Source of the DNA: an uncultured Succinatimonas sp.
Lineage (GTDB): Bacteria; Pseudomonadota; Gammaproteobacteria; Enterobacterales; Succinivibrionaceae
NCBI GenBank assembly: GCA_938014345.1
Contig: CALLSM010000036.1
Location: 1,672-65,671, forward strand
Direction of reading: 5' to 3'
DNA: 64,000 nt
Of the stretch, positions 45,058 to 54,201 are shown in pieces (the first letter of the stretch is position 1; each line of letters begins with the position of its first letter). Position numbers and translations under genes: made by a program. The notes below the pieces were generated by a model. That model did no database searches, was not told the DNA's origin, and worked only from the letters and a program-made list of their open reading frames with translations.

Positions 45058-46983
45058 ATGAGCAATAATAAAAAAGGCTTACGCAATCGCGTCTTTGCCG
45101 ATGGCAGACGCGAGGATTTAGGCCAATATTTAAAAAAAGAGCTAGGTTCTGACAATAAGATCACAATTGACGAGGCGGAGCATCCTCAGGCTTCCTCCTC
45201 AGAGCTTTTTAGCGCTAAGGTGCCGCAAAAGCTCGATAATGCGCACGTGCAAGAGCCTTTTCCGCTAGCATCTCAGGATCAAAGTGAGTCTGCAAAAGCC
45301 GTAGCTTCGAAGCTTAATAAGTCGCAAGTCCAAGAGCCAACTTTTGTAGCTAAGATCCCTAAAGCTTTGCGTGCGGATGCTGAAAATAAGGATAAGGCTA
45401 ATTTTAAAATTCCCACAGCCGCTGAATTTAAACAAGAAAATTTAGCTTTTAAGAGTGAGGCTAAGGAGCCTCTTTTTGATATGAACATCAAATCTCCACG
45501 CATCAATCCTCAATTCTTAGACAAAGCTGATAAGCCTGAGAGCGCTTCTGCATTTAAAAAAGAGCCCTCAGCGGAGATTAAGCCTAATTTAGAAGAAAAG
45601 ACCGAGTCTTTGAAGGAAAAAACCGCTCACAGTTTCAAAAGCGAGTCTTTTGCGCTTGAAGATCCCTTTACTCAGGATGAAATTTCTAGCGAGAGTCATG
45701 CCGAGGCCTTTTTAGACGATCCGGATAAAGTGCCGGTAGTGCCGACTTTACGCGATGATGAGGTACCTAATCTGCCAGGTGCCATCCTTATGCACGCCCG
45801 TGAGCTTTTAGGTTTGAGCATTCGTGAGGTCGCTGAGAAGTTACAGCTACGTATCAATACCATCAGCGATATTGAGCACGATCGCCTCAATCAAAAGACC
45901 GCAGTCTCCTTTGTTTCTGTCTATATCGGCAATTATGCGCGTCTTGTCAATATCGATCCGCAGACTTTGATCGATCTCTATGTGCAAAACGTCGAAGACA
46001 ATGCCCAAAAAGGCACTGAAATTCAAAAACAGCGTGGCCGTCTGCTCAATGGCCGCAAGTTTATCTATAGCGCTATCGCTTTAGTCGTTTTAGGAGCTAT
46101 AGGGGTGGCCGCTTATGCCTTCTTAAGCGCCGATAGTGGCGATGAGCATCAAGCTAGCGGTACTTTAAAGCTCAGTCAAACTAATCCTCAATTTAATGCC
46201 GAAAGCGGCAGTTTAAGTGTAGCTAGTGCGTCTAATAATGGCACTACTGCTAATGCTAGTGCAGAGCAAGCAGCTCCTGAGGTTTATGTCGATCCCAATA
46301 CGCAAAGAGCTAAAGCTCAGGCCTTAGCTTTAGAGCAAAGCGAGGATTTTGGCGCAAGTTCTAATCAAAATCTTGAGGATATAGTTCCTGCAAGCGATGC
46401 GCCTTTAACTTTATCTGGGGTTGAAGTTGATACTGGCAATCAATTTGCTAAACAACAGCGCGTTGACGAGCCGAATTTTGCTGCTATGAAGCAAGAGGTA
46501 AATACTAATTCTCAGCTTGTAAATAAGCCACAAAGCGAGACCTTAGTTATCGATACGAAGGCGGAAGAAGCTCAGGCACAAGCCCAGGCTCAGGCACAGG
46601 CTAAAGCTGAAGCTTTAGCTTTAGCTCAGAAAAAAGCTGAAGATGAGGCTAAAAAGAAGGCTTTAGAAGAGGGCGATACTAAGCTCTCCTCAAAGCTTAA
46701 GGATATTTCAGCTAGAACCTCACTTGCAGGACGTGAGGGTTTAGCTTCCATGAATAATGCACAGATCTCAGTTAGCGGTAATGTCTCCTTAAAGGTTACC
46801 GATAGCCGCGGTCATGTTCTAAAGCAAGGTTCATTTAAATCAGGCGATAGCTTTACTGTCAGCGGTATCCCGCCGCTTAGGGTTCATGTATCTGATTCAG
46901 CAAAGATTAAGATAAGATATATGGGCGGTAGGGTAAAGGTACCGTCAGCTAAGCAGGTAAGTTTTACCTTGCCGACTAAATAA
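45058..46983 (+). CDS. rodZ: Cytoskeleton protein RodZ with a long N-terminal extension
   Basis: The XRE-type HTH (ILMHARELLGLSIREVAEKLQL...) begins about 245 codons into the open frame. It is followed by a single transmembrane helix and a periplasmic domain. An alternative start at 45790 would give a canonical RodZ. Confidence 0.7.
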   Translation: MSNNKKGLRNRVFADGRREDLGQYLKKELGSDNKITIDEAEHPQASSSELFSAKVPQKLDNAHVQEPFPLASQDQSESAKAVASKLNKSQVQEPTFVAKIPKALRADAENKDKANFKIPTAAEFKQENLAFKSEAKEPLFDMNIKSPRINPQFLDKADKPESASAFKKEPSAEIKPNLEEKTESLKEKTAHSFKSESFALEDPFTQDEISSESHAEAFLDDPDKVPVVPTLRDDEVPNLPGAILMHARELLGLSIREVAEKLQLRINTISDIEHDRLNQKTAVSFVSVYIGNYARLVNIDPQTLIDLYVQNVEDNAQKGTEIQKQRGRLLNGRKFIYSAIALVVLGAIGVAAYAFLSADSGDEHQASGTLKLSQTNPQFNAESGSLSVASASNNGTTANASAEQAAPEVYVDPNTQRAKAQALALEQSEDFGASSNQNLEDIVPASDAPLTLSGVEVDTGNQFAKQQRVDEPNFAAMKQEVNTNSQLVNKPQSETLVIDTKAEEAQAQAQAQAQAKAEALALAQKKAEDEAKKKALEEGDTKLSSKLKDISARTSLAGREGLASMNNAQISVSGNVSLKVTDSRGHVLKQGSFKSGDSFTVSGIPPLRVHVSDSAKIKIRYMGGRVKVPSAKQVSFTLPTK

Positions 46984-46988
46984 AGGGT

Positions 46989-48089
46989 TTGAATTTTATG
47001 GAATGGCATCCACAGCAAATTGTCAGAAGAAAGTCCCGCCAAATTAGGGTGGGCAACGTTCTTATCGGCGGTGAAGCTCCGATTTCCGTGCAGAGCATGA
47101 CCTCTACCGATACTTTAGATACTGAAGCTACGCTAAAGCAGGTAAATGCTCTCTATGAGGCCGGTGCGGATATTGTCAGAGTCACCGTGCCGTCACTTAA
47201 TGCCTGTGAGAGTTTTGCTACTATTTGCAAAAATTCACCGGTGCCGATTGTGGCTGATATTCACTTTGATTATCGTATTGCCATTGATTGTGCTACGCAT
47301 GGTGCCGCCGCTTTGCGTATCAATCCCGGTAATATCGGTGCTCCTGAGCGTATTGAGGCCGTCTGTCGTGCCGCTTGCGATCATGGCCTACCGATTCGCG
47401 TCGGTGTCAATGCCGGTAGCTTAGATAAGGATTTATTAGAAAAATACGGTGCTCCTTGCCCTGAGGCTATGGTTGAGGCCGCTTTGCGTGCAGCAGAGGT
47501 TTTAGATGAGCATAATTTCTTTGATTATGCCTTTTCGGTTAAAGCCTCAGAACTCAATCTCTGTGTTGAGGCCTATGAGATCTTAGCTAAAAAGACCGAT
47601 GCTCCTTTACATTTAGGTATTACCGAAGCTGGTGGCCTGATGGGCGGTACGGTACTGTCTTCTATCGGTATCTCATGGTTACTTAAGCAAGGTATCGGTG
47701 ATACCATCCGTGTTTCGCTCGCTGCCGATCCTGTAGAAGAAATTCGTGCCGGTTGGGCGATCTTAAAGAGTATGCATCTGCGCTCGCGCGGTGTCGATAT
47801 TGTTGCCTGCCCAACTTGCGGTCGCCGTGGTATCGATGTGGTTGCAACTGTCGCCGCTTTAGAGAAGCGTCTTGGCGATATCAAGCAGTCCGTAAAGATT
47901 GCCGTCATGGGCTGTGTCGTAAATGGCCCAGGTGAGGCAAAACATGCCGACATCGCCGTCTGCGGTGCTAATGCCGGTAAATGTATGATTTATGAAAACG
48001 GTGTGCTCATGGGTAAGATCCCCTGTGAGGACGCTGTCTCCACCATTGAAAGTCGTGTGCGTGCTAAGCTTGCCGCACAAAATAGATAA
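46989..48089 (+). CDS. ispG: 4-hydroxy-3-methylbut-2-en-1-yl diphosphate synthase
   Basis: RRKSRQIRVGNV.IGG.APISVQSMT is present along with the C-terminal CPTCGR Fe-S ligands. Confidence 0.93.
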   Translation: MNFMEWHPQQIVRRKSRQIRVGNVLIGGEAPISVQSMTSTDTLDTEATLKQVNALYEAGADIVRVTVPSLNACESFATICKNSPVPIVADIHFDYRIAIDCATHGAAALRINPGNIGAPERIEAVCRAACDHGLPIRVGVNAGSLDKDLLEKYGAPCPEAMVEAALRAAEVLDEHNFFDYAFSVKASELNLCVEAYEILAKKTDAPLHLGITEAGGLMGGTVLSSIGISWLLKQGIGDTIRVSLAADPVEEIRAGWAILKSMHLRSRGVDIVACPTCGRRGIDVVATVAALEKRLGDIKQSVKIAVMGCVVNGPGEAKHADIAVCGANAGKCMIYENGVLMGKIPCEDAVSTIESRVRAKLAAQNR

Positions 48090-48104
48090 AAAGGAAAAAA
48101 CAGC

Positions 48105-49385
48105 ATGGCTTCATCAATTCAAGCTGTAAGAGGCATGAATGATCTGCTCCCCGGTGAGAGCTCAATTTGGCAACAGGTTGAGGGTGTCTTAAGACAGACC
48201 CTAGCCTCCTTTGGTTATAGCGAAGTGCGTATGCCACTAGTCGAAAAGACCGGCTTATTCTGTCGCGCTATCGGTGAGGTTACTGACGTTGTTGAAAAGG
48301 AAATGTATACCTTTGAAGATAGATCCGGCGATAGCTTATCCCTACGTCCTGAAGGTACCGCAGGTTGCGTGCGTGCCTGCTTAGAGCACAATCTCATCTA
48401 CAATCAGGAACAGCGTTTATGGTATATGGGACCGATGTTCCGCCACGAGCGTCCGCAAAAGGGCAGATATCGTCAGTTCCATCAGACTGGCTGTGAGGTT
48501 TTTGGTCTTAAGGGCCCGGATATCGATGCTGAGATCATCATGATGACTGCTTCTATTTGGAAGAAATTAGGCATCATGGATAAATTACAGCTACAGTTAA
48601 ATTCCTTAGGTTCAGCTGAAGAGCGCCGCGTCTATCGCGAGGAGCTCGTGAAGTTCTTAGAGGCACACTTTGATGATTTAGATGAGGACTCTAAGCGTCG
48701 TACCCATACTAATCCTTTACGTGTTTTAGATACTAAGGATGAGAAAGTCGGCGAGATCCTCAAGGATGCACCGCGTCTGAGCGATTTCTTCGGTGAGGAA
48801 ACCCGTCAGCATTTTGAGGGTTTAAAGAAGTTTTTAGACGATGCTGGCATCTCTTATATAATAAATGAGCGTTTAGTGCGCGGTTTGGATTATTATAATC
48901 TTACTGTATTTGAGTGGGTTACCGATGCTTTAGGTGCTCAGGGTACTGTCTGCGGCGGTGGCCGTTATGATAGCCTAGTAGAGCAATTAGGTGGAACCCC
49001 GACTCCGGCTGTAGGCTTTGGCTTAGGCATGGAGCGCTTGATTTTATTACTCACTACTTTAGAGAAGATTAAAGCTCAAAGCGCTGTCGATGTTTATATT
49101 GCCGGTGCCGGTGAAGGTGCTGAGCATTATCAAGCACAGGTCGCTATGTTCTTACGTGAGGCTTTACCGCAGGTGCGCATTTTAAATAATTGCGGCGGCG
49201 GTAATTTCAAGCGTCAGTTAAAGCGTGCTGACAAGGCTAATGCCCGCGTTGCAGTAATTTTAGGATCCGAGGAAATTAGTACAAATTCTGTTACTATTAA
49301 GGATCTTTGTAATCAGGAATCTCAGCAGTGCACTTGCCCCTTAGATGAGGCCGCCTCTAAGATTTCACAGATTTTAGGTTTATAA
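48105..49385 (+). CDS. hisS: Histidine--tRNA ligase
   Basis: The class II motifs are present and the protein aligns with HisS over its full 426 aa. Confidence 0.93.
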   Translation: MASSIQAVRGMNDLLPGESSIWQQVEGVLRQTLASFGYSEVRMPLVEKTGLFCRAIGEVTDVVEKEMYTFEDRSGDSLSLRPEGTAGCVRACLEHNLIYNQEQRLWYMGPMFRHERPQKGRYRQFHQTGCEVFGLKGPDIDAEIIMMTASIWKKLGIMDKLQLQLNSLGSAEERRVYREELVKFLEAHFDDLDEDSKRRTHTNPLRVLDTKDEKVGEILKDAPRLSDFFGEETRQHFEGLKKFLDDAGISYIINERLVRGLDYYNLTVFEWVTDALGAQGTVCGGGRYDSLVEQLGGTPTPAVGFGLGMERLILLLTTLEKIKAQSAVDVYIAGAGEGAEHYQAQVAMFLREALPQVRILNNCGGGNFKRQLKRADKANARVAVILGSEEISTNSVTIKDLCNQESQQCTCPLDEAASKISQILGL

Positions 49386-49402
49386 ATTATAAAGGAAAGA
49401 CC

Positions 49403-50101
49403 ATGGACGTATTAACCGACGACCACGAGAGAGAACAAGTTGTTCGCAAATGGTGGAGTGAGTATTGGAAGTCGATTGCCTTAGGTGTAGTTATCGCTTT
49501 AGGTGGTCTTTTAGGCTATCGTCAGTATCAGAGCTATCAGTTAGAAGAAGCTCAGACTCAGGCCTATGCTTTATATCAGTTACAAGCAAAGCTAGCTATG
49601 AATAGTTCTACAGCCGTAGCTGATGCTGAAGGCTTTATTAAAGAGCATGCCGATATCTATGGTGCGCTTTTAGCTTTAGATTTAGCTTCAGTCAATATGA
49701 CCTCTGGCGATTATGACAAGGCTTTAACTAATGTTAAATTTGCCGTAGCTAATGGTGGTGATCTCATCGCTCCTAACGCTTCTTTAGTTGAGGCCCGCAT
49801 CTTAGCTCAAAGCGGTAAGTATGCTGAGGCTCAGAACGTTTTAGCTGCTATTAAGTCTAAGGCTTATGATATTGAGAAGGCCGAAGTTTCTGGCGATATC
49901 TATCTTTCCTCAGGTGATAGCGCTAAGGCTCACGATGCCTATAAGAAAGCTCTGGACTTATGCATTGAGCGTAAAGTGCAGATTAACCCGTTATTACAGA
50001 TGAAATTTGATAATGTGATTGCTAAGGGCGATACCCCGGCCTTTAAGACTGCTACTGAGCACAACAATCAGATTATCGCTGACGGCGTGCAGCTTCATTA
50101 G
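49403..50101 (+). CDS. yfgM: YfgM-like ancillary SecYEG translocon subunit (UPF0070, TPR-like)
   Basis: The N-terminus, a single transmembrane helix and the periplasmic helical domain all match YfgM. The position after hisS is conserved. Confidence 0.7.
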   Translation: MDVLTDDHEREQVVRKWWSEYWKSIALGVVIALGGLLGYRQYQSYQLEEAQTQAYALYQLQAKLAMNSSTAVADAEGFIKEHADIYGALLALDLASVNMTSGDYDKALTNVKFAVANGGDLIAPNASLVEARILAQSGKYAEAQNVLAAIKSKAYDIEKAEVSGDIYLSSGDSAKAHDAYKKALDLCIERKVQINPLLQMKFDNVIAKGDTPAFKTATEHNNQIIADGVQLH

Positions 50102-50108
50102 CATTATG

Positions 50109-50132
50109 GGCCGGTAGATCCGGCCTTTTTTT
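50109..50132 (+). terminator. Rho-independent terminator after yfgM
   Basis: The hairpin ggccggtagatccggcc is followed by ttttttt. Confidence 0.8.
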
Positions 50133-50141
50133 ACACATAAG

Positions 50142-51752
50142 GTGGTTTCCATGACAAAATCAAAACTACTATGGGTAGCTCCTGTATTAGCGATGCTGTG
50201 CTTAGGTTGCGCTAATAAGGATGTGGATGCTCCGGTAGAAGCTCCTGAGATTGATAATCGCTTCAGCCTCCAGCATGTTTGGTCAACTTCTACAGGTGGT
50301 GTAGATGGCTTTTTCTCACAAATGCATCCGACCATCTCCGGTAATGCCGTCTATATCGCCTCACGCGATGGTGATGTGAGCGCTTTATCGCTTGATGCAG
50401 GTAAGAAGCTATGGACCACCGATTTAGGTGATGAAGAGGAAAATGATACTAAGCGTTCAGCCCGTCTCTCAGGCGGTGTCAGTGCTTATGGTGGCAAAGT
50501 CGCGGTAGGCTCGGAAAACGGTTATATCTATCTTCTCAATGCCGCAGACGGTAAGCTTTTGTGGAAGGATTATCTTGGATGTGAGATTGTCTCCGCTCCG
50601 GCCTTCTCTGAGAGCACAGGTAAAATCTTTGTCTTAGATAGCATCGGGCGCGTGCATGCTTATGAGGTGCTTAATGGTCAAAAGCTCTGGACCTCAGGTG
50701 ATAGCAACAATAGTTTACATCTAAGATCACAATCTGAGCCTTTAGCTGTAGGTGATGATTATGTCATCATCGGTGCCGCTCACGGTCAGGTTTATATCAT
50801 CTCGCAGCAAAACGGCATGATCTTAGATCAGATCACCGTTACTGAAAACTACGGTACTAATGATTTAGCCCGTATTGCCGATGTGGCCGCTACGCCATTA
50901 CTCTTAGATGGCAAGATGTTTACTACTGCCTATAATGGTGGTTTTGTCAGCTATGACTTTGATGCAAAGAGCATTGTCAATCGTCTGCCTTATCATAGTT
51001 CTAAGGCCTTAGGTTTTGATGATAGCCATTTTGTCATTACCGAAGATCACGGTCAGATTTACTGCATCAATCGCTATGACAATACCGAATTGTGGGTAAA
51101 TGCTAAGCTTCGCAATCGTAATGTCACAGCTCCGGTTGTTTATGGCAATTATGTAGTTGTCGGTGATTTTGAAGGTTATTTATACTTCATCAACTTACAG
51201 TCAGGCGTCATTGAGAGCATGTTCGATCTTGAAGATGCTGCCATCATGACCGCCCCGCAAGTGATTAACGGCAATCTCCTTGTCTATTATGCTAACGGTG
51301 ATTTAGAGATGGTGCGTTATGATCCTACAGGAGCTGCCGCCTCTAAAGCCCTCTATGCCCAAAACGAATTAGCCGCAGGTAAGGGCCGCGTTAAGGTCTC
51401 TGAGTTCAATCTCAACAATATCAGCTTTGGTCTTACCGCCGAGCAATTACAAGAGCGTCGCCGTCAGGCTGTCAATATTGTCAATCAGATTGAAGCTCGT
51501 CAGCGTGCCGCTGAGGCGCAGTTAGCCGAGTACAATCGTCGTAAAGCTGAGTACGAGCGTCAAAAGGCTGAATATGAGCGTCAGCGTCGAGCCTATGAGG
51601 AGCAAAAGCGTCAGGAATTATCAGGCTTTGGTATTATGCCAGGTGTTAAGTCTGAAGATGATGAAGTTGTAGCGCCTCAGGAGACGCCGGAGAGCGCTTC
51701 TCCGGAAGTTGAGGAAAATGCTAACGAAAAATCCTCGAGTTTTGGTATATAA
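50142..51752 (+). CDS. bamB: Outer-membrane protein assembly factor BamB with a C-terminal charged coiled-coil extension
   Basis: A lipobox (LCLGCAN) and PQQ-type beta-propeller repeats are present. There are about 140 extra C-terminal residues (AEYERQKAEYERQRRAYEEQKRQ...). Confidence 0.8.
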   Translation: MVSMTKSKLLWVAPVLAMLCLGCANKDVDAPVEAPEIDNRFSLQHVWSTSTGGVDGFFSQMHPTISGNAVYIASRDGDVSALSLDAGKKLWTTDLGDEEENDTKRSARLSGGVSAYGGKVAVGSENGYIYLLNAADGKLLWKDYLGCEIVSAPAFSESTGKIFVLDSIGRVHAYEVLNGQKLWTSGDSNNSLHLRSQSEPLAVGDDYVIIGAAHGQVYIISQQNGMILDQITVTENYGTNDLARIADVAATPLLLDGKMFTTAYNGGFVSYDFDAKSIVNRLPYHSSKALGFDDSHFVITEDHGQIYCINRYDNTELWVNAKLRNRNVTAPVVYGNYVVVGDFEGYLYFINLQSGVIESMFDLEDAAIMTAPQVINGNLLVYYANGDLEMVRYDPTGAAASKALYAQNELAAGKGRVKVSEFNLNNISFGLTAEQLQERRRQAVNIVNQIEARQRAAEAQLAEYNRRKAEYERQKAEYERQRRAYEEQKRQELSGFGIMPGVKSEDDEVVAPQETPESASPEVEENANEKSSSFGI

Positions 51753-51868
51753 TCTATAGTTTGATTAAAAATCACTTCTTTATTTTCAGTTGTGAGAATT
51801 GAAATTTCTTTAGGGGTAGGTTTTTCCTACCCTTATCTTTTGTGTAAGCCCACTTACAAGGAAAATTC

Positions 51869-53638
51869 ATGAAAGTAGTAGCTTTGGTAGGTTGCCCTAA
51901 TGTTGGTAAATCTACCTTATTTAATCGCCTAACTAAGACTCGTGATGCTCTAGTGGCGGACTTTCCCGGACTTACCCGCGATCGCAAATATGGTCGTGCC
52001 CTTTATGACGGTCGTGAATATGTCGTTATCGATACTGGTGGTATTGCCGAGGATAACGTTGAACAGCCTCAGGAGCTTACTGAGCGCATGACCTCTCAGG
52101 CCTTACAGGCTATTGATGAGTGCGATTTAGTTTTATTCATGGTAGATGCCCGTGCCGGCATCATGCCAGGTGATTATAGCGTTGCCGATTATATTCGCCG
52201 TGCTAATAAGAAATGCGCGGTCATTGCCAATAAGGTTGATGGCCTCGATCCTGAAACTGCTGGTGCTGAGTTCTATGCTTTAGGCTTAGGCGAGGTCTAT
52301 CAGACAGCCGTCGTCCACGGCCGTGGTGTCAGCATCATGTTAGAAGAGGTAATTGCGCCTCTCTTACGTGAAGAAGGTCCTTTAGAGTCCGATTTGCCTG
52401 AGAGCGATGACGAGGACAATGAAGGTGAGATTTGGGAAAAGGGCTATGAGTTCTTAGACAATGTGCCTGCGGACAAGGAAGGTGGTGGCTTTGACTGGCA
52501 TGCCTTCCGTCAAGAGCAGCGTGCCCGCGAGCATGGTCTCAATCCCGATGGTACTCCGATGGAGATGGCGATCGAGCGCCCGGTAGTACCGTTCTCGGAC
52601 TTACCTATCAAGTTTGCTATTGTCGGTAAGCCTAATGTCGGTAAATCTACCTTAACTAATCGCCTTTTAGGTGAGGATCGCGTGATTGTAGCCGATTTCC
52701 CGGGTACTACGCGTGATTCTATCTATATTCCTTTAGAGCGTAATGGCAAGAAATATATAGTTATCGATACAGCTGGTGTCCGCAAGCGCCGTAAGGTCTC
52801 CGAGGCGGTAGAGAAGTTCTCTATCGTTAAGACCCTTAAGGCTATTGAGGATTGCAACGTCGCCTTATTAGTTATCGATGCGCGTGCCCACATCAGCGAT
52901 CAGGATTTATCCCTGTTAGGCTTTATTATCGATTCAGGGCGTAGTTTAGTTATCGCTGTGAATAAATGGGATGGCTTAGATCAGAGCATTAAAGACGATA
53001 TCCGTATGGAGCTCAATCAGCGTTTAGGTTTCGTCGATTTTGCCCGCGTTCACTTTATTTCCGCTTTACACGGAACTGGTGTTGGCAATCTCTTCGATTC
53101 TATCGATGAGGCTTATGTCTCTGCAACTAATCGTCATTCTTCCTCTACCTTAAACCGTATTTTACGTGCCGCTATTGCAGAGCACGAGCCGCCGATTTCC
53201 GGTGGTCGCCGCATTAAGATGAAGTATGCTCACGCCGGTGGTTATAACCCGCCACGCATCATCATCCACGGCAATAAGGTCTCTAAGGTTCCGGATGCTT
53301 ATAAGCGCTATATCATCAATTGCTATCGCAAGGCCTTAAATATCATGGGTACTCCGGTAATTGTTGATTTTAGAGAGGGTGAGAACCCTTATGCTAATGA
53401 AAAGCCGGCGCAGAAGCGTCAGACTCAATCACAGATGCGTGAGGAGCGTCGTCAAAAGAGCAACGAGCGCATGTGGGAGAAGGCGGAAAAGCGTTCTGAT
53501 CGTGAAGAGAAGAAGGCTATCGCTAAGGCGCAAAAAGAAGGTACAGGCTTAGTTTTAGCTCATCGTCCGAAGAAGAGCGCCTCTAGTGTGAAAAAGCCTA
53601 AGCGCACAGCCGGTAAGGCTATTGCCCGTAATAAATAA
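51869..53638 (+). CDS. der: Ribosome-biogenesis GTPase Der (EngA) with an acidic inter-domain insert and a basic C-terminal tail
   Basis: Two G domains ([14 protein letters not shown] and [14 protein letters not shown]) and a KH-like domain are present. Length is 589 aa against about 490 aa in E. coli. Confidence 0.9.
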   Translation: MKVVALVGCPNVGKSTLFNRLTKTRDALVADFPGLTRDRKYGRALYDGREYVVIDTGGIAEDNVEQPQELTERMTSQALQAIDECDLVLFMVDARAGIMPGDYSVADYIRRANKKCAVIANKVDGLDPETAGAEFYALGLGEVYQTAVVHGRGVSIMLEEVIAPLLREEGPLESDLPESDDEDNEGEIWEKGYEFLDNVPADKEGGGFDWHAFRQEQRAREHGLNPDGTPMEMAIERPVVPFSDLPIKFAIVGKPNVGKSTLTNRLLGEDRVIVADFPGTTRDSIYIPLERNGKKYIVIDTAGVRKRRKVSEAVEKFSIVKTLKAIEDCNVALLVIDARAHISDQDLSLLGFIIDSGRSLVIAVNKWDGLDQSIKDDIRMELNQRLGFVDFARVHFISALHGTGVGNLFDSIDEAYVSATNRHSSSTLNRILRAAIAEHEPPISGGRRIKMKYAHAGGYNPPRIIIHGNKVSKVPDAYKRYIINCYRKALNIMGTPVIVDFREGENPYANEKPAQKRQTQSQMREERRQKSNERMWEKAEKRSDREEKKAIAKAQKEGTGLVLAHRPKKSASSVKKPKRTAGKAIARNK

Positions 53639-53644
53639 AAAAAG

Positions 53645-53672
53645 AAATCCCGCAGCCGTGCGGGATTTTTTT
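53645..53672. terminator. Bidirectional rho-independent terminator after der
   Basis: The hairpin aaatcccgcagccgtgcgggattt is flanked by a T run and an A run. Confidence 0.8.
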
Positions 53673-53693
53673 ATCTATAAAAAATTTTTTTAA

Positions 53694-53828
53694 CTAAGCG
53701 CTTTCTTGAATAAAGAAGACACCGCGACGGGACTGCAGACGGGTCTTAGCGTTTTTCATAAAAATTCTTTTTCTGCGGGCACGGGTTACCGCGGTATGGT
53801 TCTTAAGCTTTGAGGCTGAACGTTTCAT
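53694..53828 (-). CDS. Unannotated small ORF encoding a 44-aa, highly basic peptide with similarity to ribosomal protein bL34
   Basis: The peptide is MKRSASKLKNHTAVTRARRKRIFMKNAKTRLQSRRGVFFIQESA. An AGGAG lies 14 nt upstream of the ATG. It is too short to appear in the ORF track. Confidence 0.4.
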   Translation of the reverse strand: MKRSASKLKNHTAVTRARRKRIFMKNAKTRLQSRRGVFFIQESA

Positions 53829-54201
53829 TTTTTATTATTTTCTCCTAGATTAAGCCCATCGATTATAGCAAAGATAGTTTTATAAATACCCCTTCATTAT
53901 GCGATCTAAATTCTAGTTTTGGGAAAAATTTGCGTTAAATTTGAGTAATTTCCCTAAATTAGCTCAGTACGAGCTAGGGCGTCTGTACCCTTAGCGCTAA
54001 AAGCGGGGCTCTTTTAGCTAAAAATTTGGGAAAATTTGCTAATTTATGCGTTTTTTTGAAAAAAAGTTCTTCTTTTTAGTAAGAAAGCTTAAGCCTTCAT
54101 TATTAGATGCTGAGTAACAATACATTTATGATAAAATACGCACAACTCTTTGCCGTAAGGCACTCCTTTCTATTTGCATTGAATTAGCAGGATTCCAATC
54201 T

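Noticed and set aside
45058-45789. Calling the RodZ start at 45790 and discarding the upstream frame
   Set aside because: It was not adopted as the primary call, because a 244-codon stop-free frame with an RBS at 45058 is unlikely by chance. It is kept as an alternative in the finding.
46560-46625. gctcaggca tandem repeat as a noncoding microsatellite or CRISPR remnant
   Set aside because: It lies in frame inside rodZ and encodes an (AQ)n low-complexity linker.
53955-54035. tRNA-like fragment (tagctcagt...agggcgtctgtaccct) in the der-purL spacer
   Set aside because: No T-arm (GTTCRANYC) or acceptor-stem pairing was found, and the anticodon loop would be 8 nt. It is recorded as unexplained structure, not as a tRNA gene.
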